In this document: positions 52,195 to 64,000 of the stretch, piece after piece | How the letters are laid out: the number at the start of each line of letters is the position of its first letter | How positions within the stretch are numbered: position 1 is the first letter of the stretch | Source of the DNA: Octopus sinensis | Taxonomy: Eukaryota | Reading direction: 5' to 3' | Assembly: GCF_006345805.1 (NCBI RefSeq) | Contig: NC_042998.1 | Location: forward strand, 56,296,001-56,360,000 | DNA length: 64,000 nucleotides | Position numbers and translations under genes: made by a program | The notes under the pieces: model-generated | The model's input: the letters and a program-made list of their open reading frames with translations, nothing else | Told to the model about the DNA's origin: nothing | Database searches by the model: none

Positions 52195-54705
52195 AAGAAG
52201 AAGAAGAAGAAGAAGAAGAAGAAGAAGAAGAAGAAGAAGAAGAAGGAGGATGAGGAAGAGCTCCGCGTTGAATAGCAACGTGGATGTGCTACACCGGGCT
52301 CTCCATACAAAGACAAACCTAATCTAATAATATCGGTGAAAAGGGATAAAGAAGCCCGTGGAAGACTTTAAGGAAGCGGCCTTTTAACGAAGATAATCAC
52401 AAAAGCGAAATTTTACTGCCATACCATTTCTCCCACGATGTCTCAGTGAAACATGTGCGAAAGACATGCGAAATTAACAACGGAAAGTTTACAAATAATA
52501 AAATATAAGTGGAACAAAACAGTAAGTGCGTAAATTACACAATCATATATACATTTTAATACCTATAAGACTACACATGCATTCCAATATTTATACAACT
52601 ACATGAAATTTACAGGACACACATACACGCATACACGTGTCACAAAAAAGTTTTAAAAGCCATAAAAAACTATGTTCGGAGATAAATCTGTTAACAAAAA
52701 AAAGATACAAACGAATACAAATCTGTTACAAAGAAGCTACGTTGCGAGCAATGTTTTCATTCAGAGAACTCGGAGGCGGTGTTGTCTCAAAATCTTAAAC
52801 CCTAAACAGACAGATCCGTCCCTTAATGTCAACGTCCAAGCTCGTTATGCCTCAATGATAATAAAGCAAAATAAAAACCGATTTTGCCGTCACCCGGGTC
52901 AACAAGGATCGCGTACCCCAGTGAGGAACCAGACTGGGTCGAAAAATCAGCTACTGTTTCAAATCTTTCCGAAACATAGGAGCTGGAAGTACCCCACAAC
53001 CAGAATATTTTAACAGATGGCCCTTCACGCTCATCACCAAATAACCAAAAGAAAAAGAATGAAAATGCTCAAGGGGAGATAATAAAGAAGTTCTTAAGGC
53101 CTTCTATCATGCCATGTATTTTCCCACAAACAAATCCAATACTGAACAAACCTACCTCGACATTATGTGTTTAGATACAATTTTTTTAAACGAGGTAAGA
53201 AAAACAACACATGTAATACGAACAGCAAAAGCTGATATTTATGTGGTCATATACTTATCCTCTTTTCTCATATGGAATTGTTCTTAGTTGCCATTGTAGT
53301 ACATTCCCATAAGGGGAAACAATTTTAATAAATCAAGAATTTATGTTGTATATTTGATATATCTGCATTTGTCTAGATAAAATATTCATCGAATAACCTG
53401 AAAATAAATCAAAGTAAACGTATTATCTGAGAACATAGATATTATGAAATCCTTAAATTATAGAATTAAATATTTTTTTTTTTACTTTTGTAAAATTTTG
53501 TCAACTCCGTCTCAATTTCATTGAAGTATAACATCTGTCTTATAATAGTAGTACCAACACCGAACGGACGGATATGTAACTGTATGAACACTTGGAAATG
53601 TTTAGTGGAAACCGCCTGCTAGTTAGTACGGTAATCTGTGCCAAAGTAGAATTGCATGATAGTTTTCAACGAAATTCCTATATTGGTGTGACTACAAGTA
53701 AAAATATAAGACAGGATATTACCTGCATAGATATTCCTCTGTCAACTCTAACGGGAAATCTTCCGCTGATCTTTGTAGATATTTTTGACGGCTAGGAGAA
53801 ACCTGTGAGAGACCCTTTAATATAGCTTTGTTTTTGTGTTATACTTACAAACATTGTAACAACGGAAATAAACCGAGTTTTCATGTTAGTCTAAAGAAAA
53901 GTGTTTCAATATTATCAAAGAACAAGAACAACAAGAATTGAAGTTATGACATTGTCTATACCTGGGGGCATAAAACAAACTACCTTTATAAATTTAAAAA
54001 GACAGATCCAATAGTGAATAAATTTAAACGAGAAGTTTCTGACATTCTCACATTCTGTTGTCTTTATTTTCGTTTTATTACATTTTTATTCTTTATTTTT
54101 ACATACTTGTTACAATGCCGTCTGCTTATTATAAAAGCTTTTAGTAATAGAGAGGAAGAGAGGTCAAGAGAGAAAACGGGAGCAAGAGAGAGAGAGAGGG
54201 GGAGCAAGAGAGAAAGTTCTGTATGCATTTTGAATTATTAACGATACTTCTATCTCACTATACATACGATGGCTCACTTTCTCATTGCCTTTCTCACCTC
54301 GATACCTTCTTTAATATTACAGCGTGATTTTAGCCAAAGAATGACAACAATCAGTTTGACAAAACTATTGTTATTTGTTTAATTCATTTTCCATTGTTAT
54401 TCTTGTCTTTAGTTATTTGACGTTATCGTTGTATTTGCGCTCAATCAAATATTATTTATTTAATTGCTTTTTCAATCCATGTGCCCAATAAATTTCTTCT
54501 TTTTACACGTCGTTATCTATAAAGTATTATTAATGATTTCCTGATTCATTCCTCAGATTTCGTTCGAAGTTAGGAAATACAAAACTCAGCATTAGGAATT
54601 TGATGAACTCAGTTTTAACTATATTGATACTCTACTTTAGTTATAATGAATATTCTCTATTTTTAAACTCTTTGTTTACGCTGAAGAATTTACAATCGCT
54701 TGTTT

Positions 54706-54763
<58 letters not shown>

Positions 54764-55611
54764 TAAAGATTAGTGTAATGAAACCTTTGAAAAGACCCGG
54801 GGCTAAAATGACCTCGGTTCGCTCCTACATTCAGTTTGATCTCCTGCTTAGAGCCATTTTAACTTCTATACATACATTGTAAAATCGGATGGAAGCCCAG
54901 TAGGACTAACTTTGCTATTAAGTGGATATAAGAAATATATATATATATAGGCGCGTAGTTTATCCTAATGGTTAAAAGTGCGCTTCAGTATCACGAAGTC
55001 AAAAGTCCAATAACTCTTTGGGGTATCTTAGGTACATTCATTTTGTATATCCTTTGGACGATCAATACGATGCGAGTAAATTAGGTAAACGAAAACTGTA
55101 TATAAGCCTAGCAAGTGGATTCTGTATGCTAATCAAAAAGTATTGGGTCACACTGTTCCAAGTAGTACGTTAATAGTAAATGTGTCAAAGGAATGGCCAG
55201 TTACATACATGTTAATGTATTAAGCGGTAGATGAAAAGACCTGGATCCTCATGATCTAACGACAGGGATTAATTAGACCATCACTATAACAATATACATT
55301 ATCCGTTATTTGCGTGTGTGTTCGCGGGGATGCGTGTAAATCACATTAGATATAGCTCTTTCTACAAGAAAAAAAAATTCAGTACCGGTGTTGTATATAG
55401 TTTATTGAAGGAAAGGAAGATGGAGTTCTTCAAATGAAATCCAATAAGATCAAAGTCTCTTTTGTAACTAAGAGGAATGCCATCATTGATTCCCTCAATG
55501 CATGTTTGTGCATGTGTGTGTTTTTGCGTGCGTATATATAAATGTATATGGTGTGTATCAATATATATATATATATATGTATGTATGTATGTATGTATAT
55601 ATGTGTATATA

Positions 55612-55668
<57 letters not shown>

Positions 55669-55692
55669 TATAGATATATGCATATATATCTG

Positions 55693-55737
<45 letters not shown>

Positions 55738-55955
55738 AAAGTCAAGGTAGAAAATGCTAAAATAATTTTATGAAAAAATATTGACCGGTTCGGTCATTGA
55801 GACTTTTCAACTGTAAGTACGGAAAATAAATTAAATTTTGGAAATATTAAATGAAAAGTATTTTTAAAGGATATTTGCATAGTATTCAAACTGACTGTCT
55901 CTGTCTCTCTTGTTTACTCTTGTGGGTTCGGGATCGTCGTGAATTCTTGGCAGAG

Positions 55956-56043
55956 AAAAAGAAGAAGAAGAAGAAGAAGAAGAAGAAGAAGAAGAAGAAG
56001 AAGAAGAAGAAGAAGAAGAAGAAGAAGAAGAAGAAGAAGAAGA
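55956..56043. repeat. (AAG)n microsatellite
   Basis: Directly visible. Confidence 0.95.
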
Positions 56044-56559
56044 TAATGCGGAAGTGCTATGATAGTAGTGGGATGTTAAATGGTCAAGTGCCCTGAAAGT
56101 GACACACACACACACAAACACACACACATACATACATACATGGGTCAAGCATGTTTAGTGCTTGACCAATATATATATACATATACATATGTATATTGTC
56201 TCAGTCTTCGCGGGGAAATAAGTCACTGAAACGAACAAAATAAAACAAAATAAAAACGATTGACTATTTAACCAACAAGTTAAGCAAAGAATGAAATTGT
56301 TGATTGGATAGATATTTAACCAATTGACTAATAGAAAAGGAGTGGAATTGAACCGGCGGGTGATTTATTAATACTGACGTAACGACTCTCCTGTGACACA
56401 ACACAATCTATTTCAGTGCATGAATTCACATAAAGAGTCTTGCAAACCAAGTACAAAAACGCAATATATATATATATATAAGTACCTAAGATATATTAGG
56501 TAAGTTGAAGCACCAAGTCAATCCGGTATTATCCACACAGCTCGAAGTAAGGTGAATAA

Positions 56560-58090
56560 AATCAAATAAAGGAACAGGATGTCAACTAGCAATGAAGTAC
56601 GACCGTTTCAAGCGCCTCCATTTAGTTCAACGATGGAATCATTACATCAATCTAAAATAAGCGCTATCTTCAGCTGCACAAATATGGATTTTCAATAGAC
56701 AAGATATATTAATATGATCTTAAATTTAATATTAATATATCTTAATATTAATGTTTTCTTAAATATTTCATGTATTTTCTATAAATTCTTATTATTTTGA
56801 TTTCTTATTTTGGTATGTTTACCTTGTTAATCTCTTATCCTTTATGTTTTACTTTTATATTGTTAAATGTTGTATGGTATTAAATTTTATATTTTGCATT
56901 CCTATTTACCTTCACATACACTGGTATAGCATTCTATGAATCATTGAGCATGTTGCATCTCCTCTCCGCACGCATGCAGGTTGAGATGTGGGTCAATATG
57001 ATTCTTAAATTGATATTTTTTAGATACTTATATTTACACCAAATAATTATACTATATTCCTTATATAAGCGTATATATAAATCCCTTTTTGCATATGTAT
57101 CTGTATGCATTATTTTTGTACTATTACTCTTACTTACATGAGTACACACTTTTCTTGTATACTATATATTTAATTATATCTACACGTTATAGTTTATCTT
57201 ATTATCTTGCTTCTGAACCTTACTTTCAGCCAATAGATAGTACGTATATCTTTCCAGATAAATTCCATATCTAAGTGATTTGAGTGGTTTTTATAGTGAC
57301 CACCTAATAATTAATTAAGTAAAGATGAGGTACTGAGTTGATTCTACATAACAGTAATCTTCTTTTTAATGTCTAAATTGATCTATATATCCTTTTCAGC
57401 TAACTTGGTTATGATACCCCATCCTAGAATTTAAAAAAATTATTTGTATTTTTATACAACATAATAATATTTGTTTATAAACGTTCTCCCGCTGAGCCTC
57501 TAATGTTTTCCAGGATCCCATTGTAGCATCCTAAGTTTTCCCCTTTAACTGGTAACAGTATCATGAATTAATGTCACCCTACCTACCTCTTCTATAGACA
57601 TTTAATACTATCTAATTGACTCCTTCTAAAGTTTTGCTTCTTTTTCTTGTGGGTTGAGGCGTACCTGTGACAGTATGAAATTTATGACCAACAGCCAGCT
57701 ATGAGCTGTCAACTCACATTGCTCTTTATTCTAAATATACGCAGTCTTTCCGTCTTAGATTTTTGTTGACAAGGAGATAGATAAACTGGAAACTAACTAC
57801 ATCCCTATAAACCCCTCTGTGTTCCATGGCAATCTAAAAATCGCAGTTTCTTCTTCTCTTGGCTATTCTTGCTACAATAGTGACAGCATGAAACTCTTTC
57901 ATCCTTTTTCTCTGTTAAAATATTTAAGAAAAATTATATTGATATAACTTGTATGTTGAAAATCCATATTTGTGCAGCTGAAGATATCGTTGTATTTAAA
58001 TTGATGTAATGATTATATTGTTCAATTAAATGGAGCCGCTTAAAACGGTCGTACTGCATTACTACTTGACATCCTATTATTTTGATTTGA
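56560..58090. repeat. ~150-bp imperfect inverted repeats (56560-56710 / 57940-58090) bearing hammerhead-like motifs
   Basis: GAAAATCCATATTTGTGCAGCTGAAGATA and AAATGGAG.CGCTT.AAACGGTCGTACT blocks shared in opposite orientation. Confidence 0.7.
56596..56680 (-). ncRNA. hammerhead candidate with long stem II
   Basis: CTGAAGA (56673-56667), AGCGC/GCGCT stem II, GAAA CGG TC; stem I only forms with a bulge. Confidence 0.4.
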
Positions 58091-59089
58091 TATATATATA
58101 TATATATAATATATATATATATATATGCACAAGCATATACACCAGGTCACTCTTAGTGCTGTTGGTAACATGTAATCCAGTACAACGTGTCACATGGTCG
58201 TGCCGTCAGCGACTAAACCCGGCAATCCTACTAAACCTGTTAGGAAAGAGGTTTGAATTTTATTGGATATGCTGCAGAATGAAAAACAAAACTGGATGAA
58301 CTCAGTAAAGTCGGCCATTTAACAACTGGGAGTGAGATACTACTAGTTTTTGTTTAGACATCTCTCTACAAGAAGAAAATTCCAAAATAACACTCACCTG
58401 ATTGCGAAGCCTAAGATCTTGCCCTTTTATCTTTTTGAACTGCTTGGTGCTGTAGGTGCCGGGCAAGCAGTCATCGACTTTAAATTTCACTATGGTCATT
58501 ACTGACAGCCATTGTTTTTAACCTCTGAACATGTAGGTATAAGAAAATTTGTCAGTAATGATCAAACTCGTCTACGATTCGACGGCCAACATGTGTCTGT
58601 GTATATACATATACATATATATATATGTATGTATGTTTGCATGTATGTATGTATGTATATGTGTGTGTGTAATTTTATAAACACAATATGTTTTTATGTG
58701 CAACAATTAGTTTCATGCGATGAAAATATGCCAGACTGTTTTTAACACGTCTGGTGCTTTAGTGTAATCTTGCGGCAGTGCCCACATGGCATAAGAAGCT
58801 AAAAATAGGACGATAGGATGCAAGGAAAAGGAGAAAGGGCGAAGAAGAATATACAAAAAGGTGGATGGTCGGAACGAAAAAGCAAACAGAAAAAAAGCAA
58901 AAAAAAGGAGGGGTTCTCCTTTGACCATAAAATATAAGGCTGGAAAGAGAACGGCCTAGAGTCTGTGGTACAGCTGCTCAATTCGGAGAGGGAGGTACTT
59001 TCCAATTCGCTAGATAACAACGCCACAAACAGACACCCACCGATTTTCCACATATGTATATGTATATATATATATATATTATATATATA

Positions 59090-59171
<82 letters not shown>

Positions 59172-60344
59172 ACATACATATATATATATCTATATCTATC
59201 TATATATATATATATATATCATTGCTTGTACATATCGCTTATTCCTTTATCTCACATTATTGTTCATTCAATGTTATTCATTATAATATATTCAAATCTA
59301 TCGGAGAATGCTCGAAAATGCATTCTTGTGATATTTGCGATATATACATGGACATATACTAACGCATGCGCTTGCACATACAGTCGCACCCACACACATA
59401 CGCACAAGCACACACACATATACACACACACATGTATACATACATGCATATACATTTATACATTCACCTCTCTACTTTTTATAACATAATGCCAACAACT
59501 GATTATTCTTCACCCAAAGCTGTGGAGTCAAGTATCGCAGAAGAAAAAATCAAGAAAAACAAGAAATTCGACAAAGACATGATATCCAGAAACAAAAATA
59601 ATATTCCAATTCTTTCACATTTTCAAACGAATACCTGATAGAAATTATCCGCCATATTCCTTCGTGTTTCAACGCTTTTGGGTTAAGAGGAAGCTGTATT
59701 ATTTCGGCAAAGAGACATTTTGTTCGCACAATACAGCTACGTTTGCGTAAAATTGAATATGAATTGAGACAAATTCCGAATGGTTTTAAGGCATGATTTA
59801 CGTTAGTGACATCCATTGACTAAAACTATATGAAGTTCATGAGAAATTACGTCGTTTCTGTATGTCATGAATATTATTAAAGAACTTCCTTTCGGCCACG
59901 ATATATAACTGTAAACTTCGCTATTTTCTTGCTTAATTTAACAGTGACAATATTAACATTATCTTATTGTCTTTGTCGTAAAGATCGTATAAAAGGAAGC
60001 TATTGAAACACTTATATCTCGTAATTATAATCTGTATATCCAGTTTAAGCATTGAAGCACTTCATAGTTGCAGAACCTTAATATCATCAATGTTTTGATT
60101 CCTTCCGATAATCTAAACTCTAGCAACGGGATACAAACAGAAGAGTGTATCAAAGAGATTTTAATTTAAAACTACTCTTCTAAATCTACAATAAATTCTG
60201 CACCTTTTTCACATGAAACTATATAAATGTTTATTCTTCCTTTCTATACCACTATCTGTATGTGGGTTTGTACGAATGAATGTATGTATATATGTATATA
60301 TAAATGTGTGTGAGGGGGTGTATGTGTGTATGTATATATTAAAA

Positions 60345-60461
60345 TGATGATGATCATCATCATAATAATAGTGATGATGATCATAATAATAATAATAATA
60401 ATAATAATATTAATAAAAATAATCATATCATCATCATCATCATATTATTATTATTATTATT

Positions 60462-60503
<42 letters not shown>

Positions 60504-60539
60504 TAATAATAATAATAATGATAATAATAATAATAATAA

Positions 60540-60608
<69 letters not shown>
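60345..60608. repeat. compound (GAT)/(CAT)/(ATT)/(AAT)n microsatellite
   Basis: Directly visible. Confidence 0.9.
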
Positions 60609-60609
<1 letters not shown>

Positions 60610-60945
60610 TTTCTCTTAAAGAGATGGAGAAACTTTCAAAATACAAAGACTTGGAAACAGAGGTAACTCGAATGTGGAATCTAAAAACAGAAACAATTCC
60701 TATCATAGTAGGCGCATTAGGTATGATAAAAAAATATTCAGACTAATACATAACAAAAACACCAGGACTTACAAATATATATAACATACAGAAAATTGAA
60801 ATACTAGGCACTGCACACAACCTACGCAAAACACTTTCAATTCAGTAACCATAAGAGCATCACAACAAATCACAGCACATACCCAAGGCACACAGAGCTG
60901 CGCTCCGTAGTGAAGTGAAAGCATGCAATAAAAATAAAACTACTG
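60609..60945 (+). mobile_element. Dong family A 3' fragment
   Basis: VSLKEMEKLSKYKDLE..IPIIVGALG plus the family A 3' UTR; (AAT)n flanks. Confidence 0.9.
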
Positions 60946-60987
60946 AATAATAATAATAATAATAAATTAATGATAATAATAATAATG

Positions 60988-61086
<99 letters not shown>

Positions 61087-63597
61087 GAAACCATCAAACA
61101 AACAACGTATGAAAAGCGCGTTAGATTCTTCAAGGACAACATGTTAAAAAAATAACCCCCAAAATTTTTACAGGAAGATAGGGAAAACACCAGTTGCAGT
61201 AAAGTCTGTCCCATCAAAAGAAGTGCAGGGATTTTGGAATAAAATTTGGGCAGAAGAAAAAAACACACAATAAAAAGACCCCTTGGATTGATAGAATATC
61301 TACAGACTTAGACTCTTTAGAGGAGCAAAAGTGAGAGGATATCAAGGTAGAAGATATAAGATCTGCTCTCAGGAGGTCACGCAAATTGAAGTCTCCAGGA
61401 AAGAATAAAATTCCTAACTTCTGTTTCAACGCCTTCCCAGAGAGCCATGAACTGCTAACAGAACTTTACAACGATGTTTTGCCACATCCTAGCATGATGC
61501 CCACTTGGCTAGTTAATGGTTTAACATTCCTGCTTCCAAAAAATGAAGAAACAAATGGACCTAAAAATTATAGACCCATAACCTGCTTAACAACAATGTA
61601 CACCTATAGTTTTTTAATAGACAGCAGCATATTCCCTAATGAGAAAAAAGGATGTAAACGTGGATCTTATGGTTGTAAAGATCAGCTACTCATCAATAAG
61701 ATGATCTTAGAAGATTGTCACAAACGGCACAAAAACTTGTTAATAGTCTGATAGACTATAAAAAAGCTTTTGATAGCCTACTACACCGCTGGATTAAGAA
61801 ATGTCTGGAAATGTATAAAATAGCGCCTACTCGGCAAAAGCTTGTGTCTGTAAGTATAAGATAATGGAGAACCACACTGACTTTGAACAGTGACAATGAA
61901 TCTCTAAATGCTAGAGATGTAAACATTTCATGTGGCATTTTCCAGGGTGACTCACTATTACCACTCCTCTTTTATCTAGCCTTAATACCTCTCTCAAAAT
62001 TGCTCAATGATGCACAGTACGGTTATAAAATGTTTGATAAAAACATAAATCGTCTTATTTACATGGATGGTTTAAATCTCTTTGCAAAAAATGACCAACA
62101 GCTATAAGGCTTACTAGCGATTGTTAAATAATTCAGTGATGACATCATAATGCAATTTGGCCTCAATAAATGTGCAAAAGCTACTTTTATCAAAAGAAAA
62201 AAATGATAGAATCATCTAACGTTAACCTTGCCCAGCAGAATGTCATAAAAGAGTTAGAACCAGCGGAGAGTTAGAAATACCTAGGGTTATATGAAGAGGA
62301 TGAAATCAGGCATTCAGTGATGACGGAAAAGATCAGGAGAGAATGTTATGGCAGGGTGAGAGCAATAATTAAGACAGAGCTGAATACAAGAAACAGGATC
62401 GAAGCGATCAATGCTTTAGCCATACCAGTCGTGACTTACAGTTTCAACATCATTAACTGGTCAATTACTGAAATATGTAATCTTGACAGAAAAATACGAA
62501 GACTGTTGACAATGCATAGAATGCACCACCTTACGGCAGATATAGAACGACTTTATCTGCCAAGAAAAGAGGGAGGCCGTGGACTTTTACAATTGGCATC
62601 AACAATGAAGATTGCCACAATTGGATAGACACCTACCTGAAAATCTCTGGGGACTGAACGTTAAAACTTGTCTCGAAATATGAGAACAAGAAAGCATCAT
62701 ACTCAGTAACAAAACAAGCAAAGGAATATCTAAGTGAATTCCAAATACAACAAATTCCGGAATTAGACATACGAGATACAAGCGCAGAAAAAGCTAAGTG
62801 TATGAAAATTCGTGCTAAAACTGCTGCCTTAGATATTCTGATTGATAAAGAGCAAGAAAAACTTCTCAATGGCAAATATCCAAAGAGAGCGAATACTGCC
62901 GATGTTGACAAAACCCTGACCCATCAATGGCTAATGGCTTCTGGCTTAAAATCTGAAACAGAAGAGCTTATCATAGCAGCCCAAGATCAATGCCTACCTA
63001 CAATGAACTACCAAGCCAACATATTAAAAAACGGCAGCTTCTCAACATATCGTGTATGTCAACAACAAAATGAAACCATTGATCATGTTGTCTCCAAGTG
63101 CAGTCTTCTAGCGCCTACAGGGTATCTCAACAGGCATGATAGAGCTGCACACTATATCAACTGGGTAATTTGCAAAAACCTGGACTTGCCCCATGATAAA
63201 AACTGGTGGGAACACAAACCACCTCCAGTGCTTGAAAATGACTACATCTCACTCCTCTGGAACTTCACCATTCAAATTGACAGAAAGATAGATGCAAATA
63301 GGCCAGACATCATATTGAAAGTCTTCAGACAAAAAACATGCCTCCTCATTGATATGACTGTCCCAATCGATATAAACGTATCTGTCAAGACCTACCAAAA
63401 ACTGAGCAAGTATAAAGATCTTGAAATAGAAATTAGCAAAACGTAGAACCTGAAGACTAAAACAATACCTGTTGTCATAGGTGCCCTGGGAATAATAACA
63501 AAAGGGGCTGATTGCTACCTAGCTCAGATACTAGGAAACCCCAAAATGGCAGAAATTCAAAAGATAGTGCTCATGAGAACTGCCCATATCCTACAAA
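61087..63597 (+). mobile_element. Dong family C fragment (RT-CCHC-RLE), lacking its 3' UTR
   Basis: SPGKNKIPNF, NYRPITCL, EKKGCKRGSYGCKDQL, GIFQGDSL, YMDGL, RPDIIL..IDMTVP..KLSKYKDL; many stops and frameshifts. Confidence 0.88.
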
Positions 63598-63609
63598 ATT
63601 ATATACAAT

Positions 63610-64000
63610 AGAATCAATTGTTATTTGGGGTACATACATAACAAAAGGCGTGCTTCCAGGGTAAGAGTAGAAGACATACCCCCGGAAATAAATGTAGCCT
63701 AGCTAGTAGCTGCTATACTGCTGGGCATGGAAGAAAAGATAGCGGTCCTCCAAGCCACCAGCACTGCTCATAAAAATTGGCATGGGCAGAGCCTGGATAT
63801 GGTAATACAGGCAGTCTCGGTTGACTTGGAAAATATGGTGAAGACTATTACAGTTGAAGATGTAATACTCAGGGTGAGAGTGGAGGGCAGAATCCATCGC
63901 TGCTACAAATGTGACCAAAAAGGCTACATTACAGCAGATTGTCATCCACCACTCGTAAGAACACGAGAGGTCCCGAAGAAGATAAAAGGAAACTGCGCCT
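63610..64000 (+). pseudogene. Tx1/L1-type ORF1 (gag-like) fragment with zinc knuckle
   Basis: RASRVRVEDIPPEINVA*LVAAILLG...CYKCDQKGYITADC (C-x2-C-x4-[H>Y]-x4-C at 63901-63942); runs off the window end. Confidence 0.6.

Noticed and set aside
57480-57900. Degenerate RTE-type APE endonuclease on minus
   Set aside because: Only vague motif resemblance (YLLV, KN..E..LRFL) amid many stops; needs a profile search.

Overview
Eukaryotic, AT-rich, microsatellite-laden, repeat-dominated DNA. The repeat landscape suggests an octopus or other coleoid cephalopod (inference, not verified). No intact host gene is recognisable. Main contents: (1) Thirteen R4/Dong-clade RLE non-LTR retrotransposon insertions, all on +, nearly all bounded by (AAT)n. 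They include two full-length ~4.1-kb decayed copies in tandem (2353-10577) and a ~2.4-kb tandem duplication. (2) A decayed Neptune-type Penelope-like element (PLE; RT + GIY-YIG, minus strand, ~26.5-29.5 kb). (3) Several short non-coding elements, mostly embedded in (TA)n, carrying type I hammerhead ribozyme motifs. Two look intact and covary between diverged copies (1269-1342 +, 47604-47650 -). One tandem copy has its 5' end at the predicted cleavage site. These are retrozyme- or PLE-terminal-repeat-like and are the most interesting signal. (4) Many tRNA-headed SINEs (one with a 5x 52-bp B-box amplification), Tx1/L1 fragments, mariner and Tigger remnants, MITE-like elements and a Helitron-like element. 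A few candidate exons of a possible large-intron host gene are low confidence. All alignments and identities were judged by eye.
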